DNA of 63,364 bases from an uncultured Clostridia bacterium. Lineage in GTDB: Bacteria; Bacillota; Clostridia; Christensenellales; UBA1242. The notes beneath the pieces were generated by a model. That model ran no database searches, was not told the origin of the DNA, and saw only the letters and a list, made by a program, of their open reading frames with translations. Both the position numbers and the translations under genes were made by a program. Shown in pieces: positions 1 through 10,841 of this stretch (positions are counted from its first letter, which is position 1; each line of letters starts with the position of its first letter). The DNA lies in NCBI GenBank assembly GCA_944332185.1, contig CALVJJ010000001.1:66422-129785 (forward strand). The letters are read 5' to 3'.

Positions 1-2403
1 TTCTCCATTGCTAGCAAAGCAATCTTCTTCACTAATCACAACATCTTGAGCAACATCAACCAATCTTCTTGTCAAATAACCAGAGTCAGCAGTCTTCAAT
101 ACCTTATCGGCAAGACCTTTACGAGCACCACGAGAAGAAATAAAGTATTCTAGTGGTGTCAAACCTTCACGGAAGTTACTCTTAACTGGAATATCGATCT
201 TACGACCAGACGTTGTACCCATGATACCACGCATACCACAAAGTTGTTTGATTTGGTCCGTGCTACCACGAGCCCCTGAGTCAGCCATCATACGAATTGG
301 ATTTTCTACAGACATGTTGTTGATAACAATATCTTGTAATCTGCTTGTAGCTTCATTCCACAATTCTATATTTCGGTCTATTTTTTCTTTTTCTGTGATC
401 ATTCCACGATGGTAGAATTTTTCATTTTGTGCAACTTTTGCTTCTACTTCAGCAAGCAAATCTTTCTTTTCTGCCGGAATTAACATATCAAATACGTTAA
501 TGGTAATCGCACCGATAGTAGAGTACTTGTATCCACATGCTTTAATATTATCTAGCATTTTAACAGTTTCTGTAGCACCATATCTATCAAAACAACGAGT
601 AATAATATCACCCATTTGTTTCTTTCCTACAATAAAATTGATTTCAAATTTGTTGACATTTTCACGTTTTGTTCTATCTACAAATCCAAGATTTTGAGGA
701 ATATTATGGTTGAAAATAATTTTACCAACAGTGGTGTTGATTCTATCTGTGACAAGTTCTCCGTTAAACATTGCACTACGTTTTAATTGAATCTTACTTT
801 GCAAAGTCACAATACCGTTAAAATAAGCCATCAATGCTTCATCTTCATCAATAAAGCATTTACCTTCTCCTTTTACTCCTTCTTTTTCATACGTTAAGTA
901 GTAAGATCCCAAGATCATATCTTGTGTAGGAGATAGAATAGGTTTTCCATCAGCTGGTTTTAATACGTTGTTAGATGCCAGCATCAATACTCTAGCTTCT
1001 GCTTGTGCTTCTAGAGATAGTGGTACGTGCACTGACATTTGGTCACCATCGAAGTCAGCATTGAATCCACCACAAACAAGAGGGTGTAATTTAATGGCTT
1101 TTCCTTCTACAAGCACTGGTTCAAAGGCTTGGATAGAAAGTCTGTGCAAAGATGGTGCACGGTTTAGTAGTACTGGGTGATTTTGAATTACTTCTTCTAG
1201 AATGTCCCATACTACTGGTTTTTTATAATCAATGGCTTTTTTAGCAGATTTAAAATTTAAACTAATATTTCGCTCAATCAGTTTTCTCATAATAAATGGC
1301 TTAAATAATTCTAGAGCCATTTCTTTTGGTAACCCACATTGATAAATTTTAAGTTCTGGTCCAACGACGATAACACTACGACCAGAGTAGTCAACACGTT
1401 TACCAAGTAAGTTTTGACGGAATCTACCTTGTTTTCCACGAAGACCAGCAGCAAGACTCTTTAATTCTCTTTGTTTTGGTCCTTGTACAGCCTTGGTACG
1501 TTTTCCATTATCAATAAGAGCATCTACTGCTTCTTGTAACATTCTTTTTTCGTTACGGATAATGACATCAGGAGCACCAATAGACATAAATTTTTTCAAA
1601 CGATTATTACGGTTAATGATTCTTCTATATAAGTCATTGATATCACTAGTAGCAAAACGACCACCATCTAGTTGAATCATTGGACGAATATCTGGTGGAA
1701 TGACTGGTAATACAGTCAAAACCATCCATTCTGGTCTATTACCAGCTTGAATCATTCCTTCTACCATTTCCAATTTTTGTGTTAGTTTTATTTTCTTTTG
1801 ACTTTTTGCTGTTTCTAGTTGTTTTAAAAGGCTTTCTTTTTCTTTTTCAAGATCAATTTCGGAAAGCAATTCTCTAACAGCTTCTCCACCCATACCAGCT
1901 CTAAAACTACCTTCACCGTATTTTTCAAGAGCTTCACGGTATTCAAAGTCATTCAAAATTTGTAATTTTTGAAGATCAGTTTTACCTGGATCAATGACAA
2001 CATAACTAACATAATACACAATTTTTTCTAATTGTTTTGAGTTTAGGCCTAGCAAAGTACCAATTCTAGATGGTATATTTTGCAAAAACCAAATATGTGT
2101 CACAGGAGTTGCAAGTGTAATGTGTCCCATTCTTTCTCTACGAACGATACTTTTGGTAACTTCTACACCACACTTATCACAAACAATCCCTTTATGACGC
2201 ACTCTTTTATATTTTCCACAGTGACATTCCCAGTTCTTTTTTGGCCCAAAAATACGTTCGCAAAGAAGACCATTTGGTTCTGGTTTGTGTGTACGATAAT
2301 TGATTGTTTCAGATTTGGTCACTTCCCCATGAGACCATTCTAGAATTTTTTCTGGGGAAGCAATGCTAATCTGTATTGAGGCTAAGTTATTTAATTCAAA
2401 CAT
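1..2403 (-). CDS. rpoC: RNA polymerase beta' subunit (5' part; runs off window start)
   Basis: Missing from ORF track because it has no stop in the window. ATG at 2403 with AGGAG RBS reads [28 protein letters not shown]...[16 protein letters not shown]...CDKCGVEVT; catalytic [10 protein letters not shown] at ~1037-1066; follows rpoB. Confidence 0.98.
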   Translation of the reverse strand, partial: MFELNNLASIQISIASPEKILEWSHGEVTKSETINYRTHKPEPNGLLCERIFGPKKNWECHCGKYKRVRHKGIVCDKCGVEVTKSIVRRERMGHITLATPVTHIWFLQNIPSRIGTLLGLNSKQLEKIVYYVSYVVIDPGKTDLQKLQILNDFEYREALEKYGEGSFRAGMGGEAVRELLSEIDLEKEKESLLKQLETAKSQKKIKLTQKLEMVEGMIQAGNRPEWMVLTVLPVIPPDIRPMIQLDGGRFATSDINDLYRRIINRNNRLKKFMSIGAPDVIIRNEKRMLQEAVDALIDNGKRTKAVQGPKQRELKSLAAGLRGKQGRFRQNLLGKRVDYSGRSVIVVGPELKIYQCGLPKEMALELFKPFIMRKLIERNISLNFKSAKKAIDYKKPVVWDILEEVIQNHPVLLNRAPSLHRLSIQAFEPVLVEGKAIKLHPLVCGGFNADFDGDQMSVHVPLSLEAQAEARVLMLASNNVLKPADGKPILSPTQDMILGSYYLTYEKEGVKGEGKCFIDEDEALMAYFNGIVTLQSKIQLKRSAMFNGELVTDRINTTVGKIIFNHNIPQNLGFVDRTKRENVNKFEINFIVGKKQMGDIITRCFDRYGATETVKMLDNIKACGYKYSTIGAITINVFDMLIPAEKKDLLAEVEAKVAQNEKFYHRGMITEKEKIDRNIELWNEATSRLQDIVINNMSVENPIRMMADSGARGSTDQIKQLCGMRGIMGTTSGRKIDIPVKSNFREGLTPLEYFISSRGARKGLADKVLKTADSGYLTRRLVDVAQDVVISEEDCFASNGE

Positions 2404-2414
2404 TATATGCACTC

Positions 2415-5400
2415 CTAATCTTCAATATCATCAAACAATGCAGATTCATCAAAAATTTGATCATATTCATCATCTGTATTTTCGATGTTTTCAGTTTGTT
2501 CCAAGTTATCAAACTCAATGTCAATATCTTGTGTTTCTTGTTTTGGTTTTGTGACTTCACTAAATGTAGCAACATCATCAGCTTGTAATTCTGTAAGTTC
2601 AAAGACTTTATTGTCTTGGTTACGAAGTTTTACATCAAGTCCAAGTCCTTGTAATTCTTTTAGTAATACTTTGAAGGCTTGTGGAACACCTGGTTCTGGG
2701 AATGGTGTACCATACACAACAGAATTGTATGTTGCATATCTACCTTCCACATCATCAGATTTCACGGTCAACATTTCTTGTAGCAATTTACTTGCACCAT
2801 AAGCTTCTAGTGCCCATACTTCCATTTCCCCAAGTCTTTGACCACCAAACATAGATTTACCACCTAGTGGTTGTTGTGTGACGTAAGTTACTGGACCAGT
2901 AGATCTAGCATGCATCTTATCACTAACCATGTGTTCTAGTTTAATATAATACATATATCCAACCGTTACAGGATTTTCAAAAGGTTCCCCTGTTCTTCCA
3001 TCATATAGTTGGATCTTTCCGTTTGCTGGGAAATTGTTTTCAATCAAAAGTTGTTGAATATCAGATTCTTTGACTCCATCAAAAGCTGGAGTTGCGATCT
3101 TAATTCCTAGTGATTTTGCCACCAATCCCAAATGTGTTTCTAGTACTTGTCCGATATTCATACGAGATGGAATACCTAGTGGATTTAGGACAATATCTAC
3201 TGGTTGTCCATTAGCCATAAAAGGCATATCTTCTACTGGTAAAATACGAGAAACAATACCTTTGTTACCATGACGACCTGACATCTTGTCACCGACGCTA
3301 ATCTTACGTTTTTCAGCAATGGTGACTCTAACCATCATGTTGACACCAGTATCTAGTTCATCTTTATTCTTTCTAGAAAATACTTGAATATCTACGACTA
3401 CACCTTCTACTCCGTGAGGAACACGTAAAGAGGTATCTTTGACATCTCTTGCTTTTTCTCCAAAGATGACTCTAAGCAATCTTTCTTCAGGAGTTGGTTC
3501 TGTTTCACCTTTTGGTGTTACTTTCCCAACAAGAATGTCACCAGGTTTTACTTCAGCGCCTAGTCTAATGATACCACGTTCATCAAGATCTTTTAGGACA
3601 TCTTCCCCAAGATTTGGAATATCACGTGTAAACTCTTCATCTCCAAGTTTTGTTGTACGACATTCTACTTCACATTCTTTTAAGCAAATAGAAGTATATA
3701 TATCTTCTTTGACTAGTCTTTCACTAATCAAAATAGCATCTTCGTAGTTGTATCCTTCCCAGTTCATGTAAGCAATTAGCATATTTCTACCCAATGCCAA
3801 TTCCCCACCACTGGTACTGTATCCATCGATCAAACATTCACCTTTCTTGACTTTTTGACCAAGGGCAACAATAGGTTTTTGGTTAATACAGCTTTCTTGG
3901 TTGGTACGAGTGAATTTTGTTAATTCATGGTATTCTTGTGTACCATCATCATGCGTAATAGTAATGTGTCTTGCATCAACAGAAGTAACAACACCGTTTT
4001 CATCAGCGACAATGATAGAACCATTATCACGAGCAACCACACATTCCATACCTGTTGCCACAATAGGAGCTTCGGTACGAAGTAGTGGCACAGCTTGACG
4101 TTGCATGTTACAACCCATGAGCGCTCTAGCACCTTCCCCGTTTTCCAAGAAAGTAATCAAACTTGCAGGCACAGATACCAGTTGTTTTGGACTAACATCC
4201 ATATAATCTACTTTTGATTTGTGTACAGATACGATGGTATCTTGGTATCTACAAGCAATATAATCATTCACAAATGAACCATCTTCGTTAAGTGGTTCTA
4301 CAGCTTGTGCAATGTAGCAGTTTTCATCTTCATCAGCCATGAGGTAAACAACATCATTGGTGACGATACCTTTTTCTTTATCAATGATTCTATATGGAGC
4401 TTCAATAAATCCATATTCATTGATACGTGCGTACGTAGCAAGAGCATTGATCAGACCAATACTGCTACCTTCTGGTGTTTCAACAACACAAATACGACCA
4501 TAATGAGAATAGTGAATATCACGAACTTCATCAGTTGCTCTATCCTTTTTAATACCACCAGGGCCCACAGCAGACAATCTACGTTTTTGAGCAAGTCCAG
4601 ACAAAGGATTCATTTGATCCATCAGTTGACTTAATTGGTGATTAGCAAGGAAGTCTCTAAACGCACGATTGATAGGTCTAGCATTGATAACTTGGCTAGG
4701 TGTAATGTCTACCAAATCATGTGCTTGTAGACTTTCTTTGACAGCTGTAGAAAGTTTTAACATACCACTGTGGAATGCTTCTTGTAGTAATTCTCCACAA
4801 GCTCTAACACGGCGGTTAGCCAAATGGTCGATGACATCAATACTTCCCACACCCACATTAAGATCAAGGAAGTAACTTACAGTCGCAAGCATATCATCAA
4901 TGGTAAGTGTAGATCCGATCAAATCTTCTACACTAGAACGAATAGCTTCGATTTTTTCATCTTTTGTTTTGTTATCTTTCAAAAGTTCTTCTAAAACTGG
5001 ATAGTACACAAGAGCATCAATACCCAATTCTTTTTCATTGCATTTGATCACTTCGCTAAGTTTTACACGGTTGTTACCATACATTTTATGACGTTTGCCA
5101 TCAACTAAAACCCAAACTTCATTGATTCCTGCATTTTGAACTTTCCAAGCAGTCTCTTTTGTAAAGACATCACCAGCTTTGACAAGCACTTCTTTTTTGA
5201 CAGTGATGTCATCAGCACTGGTAAGTCCAACAAGACGATTGCCAAGACTTAATTTTTTATCTATTTTAAAACAGCCAACTTTACCAAGGTTGTAATATTG
5301 TGTACTAAAGAATTGTGAGAAAATGAATTGTTTTGTAGCTTCGACACTAGGGATTTCACTTGGTCTCGTTTTCTTACTAAGTTCGATCAAAGCTTCTGCT

Positions 5401-6101
5401 TGAGTATCAATACCATCTTTTTCAAGTGTAGCTTTCATCATTTCATTGTTTCCAAATATATCCAACAATTTTTCATTGGTAAACCCGAAACATTTTAAGA
5501 AAACACCAAGACCAATCTTGCCACCCTTGTCTAGAGCAACACGCATATAATTTGGTTCTTTTTCTCTTTGTTCAATTTCCAACCAACTACCACGAGTAGG
5601 CATCAACGTGCAGTTGTAAATTTTACGGCCTGTCTTATCAATATTATAAGAATAATATGCACTAGGGCTACGAACAATTTGGCTCACAATGACTCTTTCA
5701 ATACCATTAAAGATGAAGGTAGCCTCATCGGTCATGAAAGGAACATCTCCTAAGAAAATTTCTTGTTCAATCGCTTCACCTGTTTCACGAATGACCAATC
5801 TCACTTTTACTTTTAAAGCGACACTATAATGTCCGCCTTTACGTTTGGTTTCCTCTTTTGATAATTTTGGACGTGGTTCTAATTGATAATCAAGAAAATA
5901 AATATCAGCTTTGCCACTATAATCACTAATTGGTGAGAATTCTTTGAGTACTTCGCCAATTCCAGACTCAATGAATTTTTTATAACTATTTTTTTGGACT
6001 TCTAGCAAATATGGAACTTCGATGACTTCTTTTGCCTTAGAAAAAGTATAACGAACATTATTGCCATATTTCACTTTTTTGATATTCTTTGTGTTTAGCA
6101 T
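2415..6101 (-). CDS. rpoB: RNA polymerase beta subunit
   Basis: 1228 aa with [35 protein letters not shown] and NMQRQAVPL motifs; AGGAG RBS. Confidence 0.99.
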   Translation of the reverse strand: MLNTKNIKKVKYGNNVRYTFSKAKEVIEVPYLLEVQKNSYKKFIESGIGEVLKEFSPISDYSGKADIYFLDYQLEPRPKLSKEETKRKGGHYSVALKVKVRLVIRETGEAIEQEIFLGDVPFMTDEATFIFNGIERVIVSQIVRSPSAYYSYNIDKTGRKIYNCTLMPTRGSWLEIEQREKEPNYMRVALDKGGKIGLGVFLKCFGFTNEKLLDIFGNNEMMKATLEKDGIDTQAEALIELSKKTRPSEIPSVEATKQFIFSQFFSTQYYNLGKVGCFKIDKKLSLGNRLVGLTSADDITVKKEVLVKAGDVFTKETAWKVQNAGINEVWVLVDGKRHKMYGNNRVKLSEVIKCNEKELGIDALVYYPVLEELLKDNKTKDEKIEAIRSSVEDLIGSTLTIDDMLATVSYFLDLNVGVGSIDVIDHLANRRVRACGELLQEAFHSGMLKLSTAVKESLQAHDLVDITPSQVINARPINRAFRDFLANHQLSQLMDQMNPLSGLAQKRRLSAVGPGGIKKDRATDEVRDIHYSHYGRICVVETPEGSSIGLINALATYARINEYGFIEAPYRIIDKEKGIVTNDVVYLMADEDENCYIAQAVEPLNEDGSFVNDYIACRYQDTIVSVHKSKVDYMDVSPKQLVSVPASLITFLENGEGARALMGCNMQRQAVPLLRTEAPIVATGMECVVARDNGSIIVADENGVVTSVDARHITITHDDGTQEYHELTKFTRTNQESCINQKPIVALGQKVKKGECLIDGYSTSGGELALGRNMLIAYMNWEGYNYEDAILISERLVKEDIYTSICLKECEVECRTTKLGDEEFTRDIPNLGEDVLKDLDERGIIRLGAEVKPGDILVGKVTPKGETEPTPEERLLRVIFGEKARDVKDTSLRVPHGVEGVVVDIQVFSRKNKDELDTGVNMMVRVTIAEKRKISVGDKMSGRHGNKGIVSRILPVEDMPFMANGQPVDIVLNPLGIPSRMNIGQVLETHLGLVAKSLGIKIATPAFDGVKESDIQQLLIENNFPANGKIQLYDGRTGEPFENPVTVGYMYYIKLEHMVSDKMHARSTGPVTYVTQQPLGGKSMFGGQRLGEMEVWALEAYGASKLLQEMLTVKSDDVEGRYATYNSVVYGTPFPEPGVPQAFKVLLKELQGLGLDVKLRNQDNKVFELTELQADDVATFSEVTKPKQETQDIDIEFDNLEQTENIENTDDEYDQIFDESALFDDIED

Positions 6102-6156
6102 CTTAAAAGACCTTCTCCTTCAAACCTTTTCTTTCTATTCAGTTGTGTATAATAGC

Positions 6157-6202
6157 AAAAGAAAAACCCTAAAAAAAGCCATTTTTTTAGTTTTTCTCCT
6201 TT
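6157..6202 (-). promoter_or_regulatory. Terminator-like hairpin (possible attenuator) in rpoB leader
   Basis: Minus strand GAAAAACTAAAAAAA-TGGC-TTTTTTTAGGGTTTTTC followed by TTTT, between promoter and rpoB RBS. Confidence 0.5.
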
Positions 6203-6250
6203 CACTTATATAATTTTAGTGGTTTTTCCACACACTACTATGCATAAACG

Positions 6251-6279
6251 ATTTTACCATAAGGAGTCAAATTAGTCAA
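6251..6279 (-). promoter_or_regulatory. SigA-type promoter for rpoBC
   Basis: TTGACT-17 nt-TAAAAT with extended -10 TG. Confidence 0.7.
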
Positions 6280-6860
6280 CATATATTTTACAAAAAAAAT
6301 AAATTTTTTTCGTGCTTTTTTTACAATCAAATTTTTTATTTTTTTAGTAGATCATAGACTATTTTTTAGGCAAAATATACAAAAATATTTTTTTATCATT
6401 TTTGACAAAAAAGAAAGAGAGAAAACTGCATTTTTTCTCTCCAAAGTCACAAAAACCATATTGTAAGGATCATTATGACTAACACACATGATTTACATCT
6501 TGATACCATTACACTACTTATACAATAGATATACTTTTATGCCACAAGCATGTTTGCCCAATAGATCTTCCTTTATACTTTTTTAAAAAATTGATTTTTC
6601 CTATCCTAGTTTTATCATCTCTATAACGTTGTATAATCTCCATGATATGTGTATCGATTATATTTTATCAATCTGCCTACTATATATTTCATCTAAAAAT
6701 TATGATATATATAACATTATAATAATAGACTAAAAGGACACACCGACAATCACAAATACTGGTTCATAGATAGCATGATAAGACTGTCGTAATGATATAG
6801 TGCCCTGATATTCCACGATCGCCCCATATTGCTTATGTTTTTTATGATATTATAACAATA

Positions 6861-8159
6861 CTATATTTTTGTATCAATCGTAATATCTATTGTATATAGC
6901 ATACTATCTAGATAATTTTCTTCCCCTACTTTCTTAAGATATTCTTTCCATTCTTGAGGGTGATAGGCTTCAAAATATCGGTAACTTTCCAAATAATCTA
7001 TCTTACTACTTTTACCATTATTAAAAAGCGTGCTAGCAATAGCAAAAATATGTTCTTTGATTTTATCTTCTAGAATACTGTCCAAATAACTCGTCGTTGC
7101 CTGATAATCACTGAGTTCGTACTCACCCATAACAATAGAATCTAGCGAACACACATAGTGGCAATCTAGATGAAACACAGGTTTTCCATCTAAAAATTTT
7201 GCCTGATATTGTACTTGACTATTTGTAATTTTCATAGTCACTTTGGCATTTTGTAATTGATCTGTGGTGACATCATAAGCCATCAAAATACCTTTGCTTG
7301 TGGTTTTGGCAAGAATATTCATAGCATACGATTCTTCTTGTGACAATTCTTTTACCAATTTCCCTTGATAGAGTACTAAAGATTTTCCTTCGCTTTTAAT
7401 GGTTTTTTGATTTTGCTCCCCAGAAGAAGATTGTCCCTGACTAGATTGTTGATTAGAAGAACTACCACTAGACGAAGTACTATCTTCTTCGCTAGTTGAT
7501 GCATTAGTTGATCCTGTTGCAAAAGTAGGTTCTTTACTATCTTTCACATCAATAATAGGCATAATATAAGACGGATTTTGTGAAAATAATTTTTCATAAT
7601 AATAACTTAAGGTCGCTTGTGTGGTAAACATATAATCATCTAAATGAAAAATAATACTGCGTAATGACAAGTTGTAATCATTTTTTTCACTCGTTGTCAC
7701 TTGCAACAATTCTTTTGCCCCACTTGGACAACAAATTAAAAAAGCATTACTAATTAGATTACTAGACCTAACAAAATAATCTAAATACGGTGTAATCCCT
7801 TCTTCTAATAATGTTTTATCTATCACAATACTGTCACAGTGAGCAATCCCCACTTCTTTTCCAATAGCAAGACTAAGTCGTAACATACATTGTGAAACAT
7901 CTTCTCCTACCGCCGAATATAGTTGTAAAGTTTGATTTTCTGGTGTGGCACTACCAGAAGGAGCAATGGTAAGCACTGACACCTCTAGTTGTCCTTGTTC
8001 ATTTTTATCTATACCAAGTGTGGTCACCACAGCTACCTTTTCTGTTTGAGCCGGCGTAAACATCGCAAACGGTGTCGCAACACCAAACAGAATCAAAAAC
8101 ACATAAACTGTCATATTTTTATATTTTGATCTAATAATATTCCACCATTTTGCTTTCAT
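6861..8159 (-). CDS. gerKC: Spore germinant receptor C subunit (Ger(x)C family)
   Basis: AVVTTLGIDK...LEVSV motif; third gene of gerA-B-C operon, overlapping gerB stop. Confidence 0.85.
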   Translation of the reverse strand: MKAKWWNIIRSKYKNMTVYVFLILFGVATPFAMFTPAQTEKVAVVTTLGIDKNEQGQLEVSVLTIAPSGSATPENQTLQLYSAVGEDVSQCMLRLSLAIGKEVGIAHCDSIVIDKTLLEEGITPYLDYFVRSSNLISNAFLICCPSGAKELLQVTTSEKNDYNLSLRSIIFHLDDYMFTTQATLSYYYEKLFSQNPSYIMPIIDVKDSKEPTFATGSTNASTSEEDSTSSSGSSSNQQSSQGQSSSGEQNQKTIKSEGKSLVLYQGKLVKELSQEESYAMNILAKTTSKGILMAYDVTTDQLQNAKVTMKITNSQVQYQAKFLDGKPVFHLDCHYVCSLDSIVMGEYELSDYQATTSYLDSILEDKIKEHIFAIASTLFNNGKSSKIDYLESYRYFEAYHPQEWKEYLKKVGEENYLDSMLYTIDITIDTKI

Positions 8160-9271
8160 TATGATTGCTCCTTTTGAAAACGAACTGGTTTTTCCATCAT
8201 CTTTCTATTCACTCTAACACTTGCCAACCAAACAACAAAAGGCATAAGTGTTTGTACAGCCAGACAAATAGCGCAAAACCAAGTACTTGTAATGAGTTGA
8301 ATAAAAGCCTCTAGATCAAAATATAGAATGGCCATGACCACAAATAACACTCCTACAATGATAAGCGAAGACCAATATTTGTTGCAAGGGATCACTTCCT
8401 CAAAACAACTTTTAACCAGCACAAACATAATAGCCATGATCATCAAAATCACAAACACCCAGCAAATGACACTCACCCAATCCAATCTACCAATCGTCGA
8501 TGGGTATACAGCAGACAAAGGTAAATCACTAATAGCCAATCCTTGATTGATGGCAATTTTGCCAAAAACTCCATAAAATACAAAATAAAATACCCATACC
8601 AAAACCACAGCAGATAAAGCATAACCAATTAGTGTTCTTTTTAATGAAGCATCTATCTTGACACGACCGACAAACACCAGCAACAGAAAATAATCTCCAA
8701 TGATAAAATTCACAAAAAACAAACCTTTTAATAAGGATCCCCAATCATTTTCCATTAAAGGCAAAATATTAGTTACCTTCCATTTCATGATAGGAATCAG
8801 TAAAGTAAAAGCAAAAGAGATCAGTACCATAAAGAATAAGAATTCAATAGTTCTAGCCAGCACCCTTCTGCCTTTGATCATGACATAGAATAAAAACAGC
8901 AACAACGGAATCGTGAATGCCAGCCAGTGCATTTCTTCTACCAAATTGTCTACCAAATAGATATGAGCTTGTTTTACAATAAAAACACATTTGATCCCAA
9001 AGAATAAAAATAAGATAGTAAAAAAGAGAATATGAGCAACTTTACCCAATCCTACTTTAAGAATTTCTCCCATTGTCATATTCGGGTACTTTTCCATACA
9101 GTTTACATAAATCAACATAGTCAAAAAATCTAGCATGGTAAGGATCATAATTCCTATTTTTCCATCAGTACCACAATATTTTGTCACTAATGCTGGTATT
9201 ATTGTCAATTTCATACTAATAATACTCAAAAACAGCATTTTACCAAGTTGAGATGATGTGACTTCTTTCAT
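8159..9271 (-). CDS. gerKB: Spore germinant receptor B subunit (GerAB/APC-like permease)
   Basis: ~10 hydrophobic segments, LART.E, NILP and IGRLD motifs; between gerA and gerC. Confidence 0.88.
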   Translation of the reverse strand: MKEVTSSQLGKMLFLSIISMKLTIIPALVTKYCGTDGKIGIMILTMLDFLTMLIYVNCMEKYPNMTMGEILKVGLGKVAHILFFTILFLFFGIKCVFIVKQAHIYLVDNLVEEMHWLAFTIPLLLFLFYVMIKGRRVLARTIEFLFFMVLISFAFTLLIPIMKWKVTNILPLMENDWGSLLKGLFFVNFIIGDYFLLLVFVGRVKIDASLKRTLIGYALSAVVLVWVFYFVFYGVFGKIAINQGLAISDLPLSAVYPSTIGRLDWVSVICWVFVILMIMAIMFVLVKSCFEEVIPCNKYWSSLIIVGVLFVVMAILYFDLEAFIQLITSTWFCAICLAVQTLMPFVVWLASVRVNRKMMEKPVRFQKEQS

Positions 9272-10734
9272 GATTTTCGCCCTCCTTTTCTTTGACGAAT
9301 TGGATTGTGATTGACTACACTTTTAGGACGAGTACGCATATGCACAATATCAATTTTGCTTAGTGCATCTTTTTTGTCCTCTTTAATATTTGGCGAAATT
9401 GGTGCCAAATATGGCGAACCATATCCATCAAAATCATTTAGATATAGAATCAAAAAGAAAGAGAGTAAAATAATACCATAGAATCCAAAGCACCCACCAG
9501 CGAACGTAAATACCCACCTTAAAATAGATAGTTGTCCCGATTGATTGGGTATGGTATATAGCGTAATCCCACTCATAGCCACAATCATGACTGCAGGAGG
9601 GCTCACAAGTCCAGCTTTGACAGCAGTATCCCCTAAAATCAATGCCCCTACAACAGATAAAGCCAAGCCCAAATACGTTGGCATTCTAAGACTGGCTTCA
9701 TATAGCACTTCAAATAGCAAAAGAATAAACACAATTTCTAAAAAAGGAGTCAGTGGCAATCCTTGTGTGGAATTCATAATGGTGATCAAGAATTTTAATG
9801 GCATGGTTTTGTAATGATACATTTGTACAGCCACATACATACCGGGAAAGAGAATGGTAATGAGCAAACTTGCCACACGTAACCATCTTAGGAATCTTGC
9901 ACGACTATGTTGATCATAATAATCTCCACTACTTTGCAAATCTTCAATAAATAAAAACGGTACAGTAAGTACGATTGGAGATCCATCTACAATGATCGCA
10001 ATACGACCTTCCAACATTTTTGCACAGACAATATCCGGCTTTTCTTCTGTGCCTACTTGTTTGAACATACTTTGGGGGTGATGTTCAAGATATGATGCAA
10101 TATAAAAACTATCTAATACCCCATCTATATTGATATTTTCTATTTTTTTGACAATATCTTGTACAATTTTGTCATCAGCAATAGAATCTATATACATAAC
10201 AGCTATTTGTGTCTTTGTGATTTTCCCTACTTCTAGTATCTTGGTACGAAGATGTGAAGTGGATAAAATTTTGCGAATACAACTAATATTGACTTTGTAA
10301 TTCTCAATGAATCCACTTCTTGGACCACGTAGTACACTACTGGTAGGAGGTTCGCTAATCGATCTTTCTTTGAATTTGTCTACATTGGCAATCATTGCTT
10401 CCTTAAGACTTTCTACAAAAACAACAGCTTTCCCTTTTGTGATCTCTGTCACAATTTTTTCCCAGTCTGCACAAACATCTAATTGTGGCAAAAAGAAAAC
10501 TTTTTGAATAAGATAGTCACTTGTAAGTGGTTGAGATATTTTTTCTACTCTTTGTGCTGGTTTTATTAAAAAATCTGTTAAGATTTCTACATCAATAAGT
10601 CCCACCATATAGACTAAAAAAGCATGATATTGCCCCAAGAAAAACTCTTTGATGATAAGTTCGTCCCCATTACAAAAACGTTGTTTTAAATAAGCAATAT
10701 TTTGTGCATTCTTTGTTGCAATTTTCTTATTCAT
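9268..10734 (-). CDS. gerKA: Spore germinant receptor A subunit
   Basis: RSISEPPTSSVLRGPRSGFIE, EKPD..C..MLEGRIAIIVDGSP, EASLRMP, SVVGALILGDTAV.AGLVSP; start moved to ATG 10734 because a terminator lies in the ORF-track extension. Confidence 0.95.
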   Translation of the reverse strand: MNKKIATKNAQNIAYLKQRFCNGDELIIKEFFLGQYHAFLVYMVGLIDVEILTDFLIKPAQRVEKISQPLTSDYLIQKVFFLPQLDVCADWEKIVTEITKGKAVVFVESLKEAMIANVDKFKERSISEPPTSSVLRGPRSGFIENYKVNISCIRKILSTSHLRTKILEVGKITKTQIAVMYIDSIADDKIVQDIVKKIENINIDGVLDSFYIASYLEHHPQSMFKQVGTEEKPDIVCAKMLEGRIAIIVDGSPIVLTVPFLFIEDLQSSGDYYDQHSRARFLRWLRVASLLITILFPGMYVAVQMYHYKTMPLKFLITIMNSTQGLPLTPFLEIVFILLLFEVLYEASLRMPTYLGLALSVVGALILGDTAVKAGLVSPPAVMIVAMSGITLYTIPNQSGQLSILRWVFTFAGGCFGFYGIILLSFFLILYLNDFDGYGSPYLAPISPNIKEDKKDALSKIDIVHMRTRPKSVVNHNPIRQRKGGRKS

Positions 10735-10792
10735 ATTAGACACCCAACTTTTCCCTTTATAATAGTTGTTTGTCTTTTTGCTAGAATTATAC

Positions 10793-10822
10793 AAAAAAAA
10801 CAAGTCCCTTAAGACTTGTTTT
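10793..10822 (-). terminator. Intrinsic terminator after transglutaminase-like gene
   Basis: AAAACAAGTC/GACTTGTTTT inverted repeat with U-tract on minus strand. Confidence 0.75.
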
Positions 10823-10841
10823 CCCTCTATATATTGATGCA

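Noticed and set aside
221-5753. Many short plus-strand ORFs over rpoC and rpoB, and similar short ORFs throughout the window
   Set aside because: Antisense or off-frame shadows of long, well-supported genes; no RBS or protein-like motifs
6729-6815. 28-codon minus-strand ORF (VEYQGTISLRQ...) in the gerKC-rpoB gap
   Set aside because: Weak RBS, no recognisable features, length expected by chance
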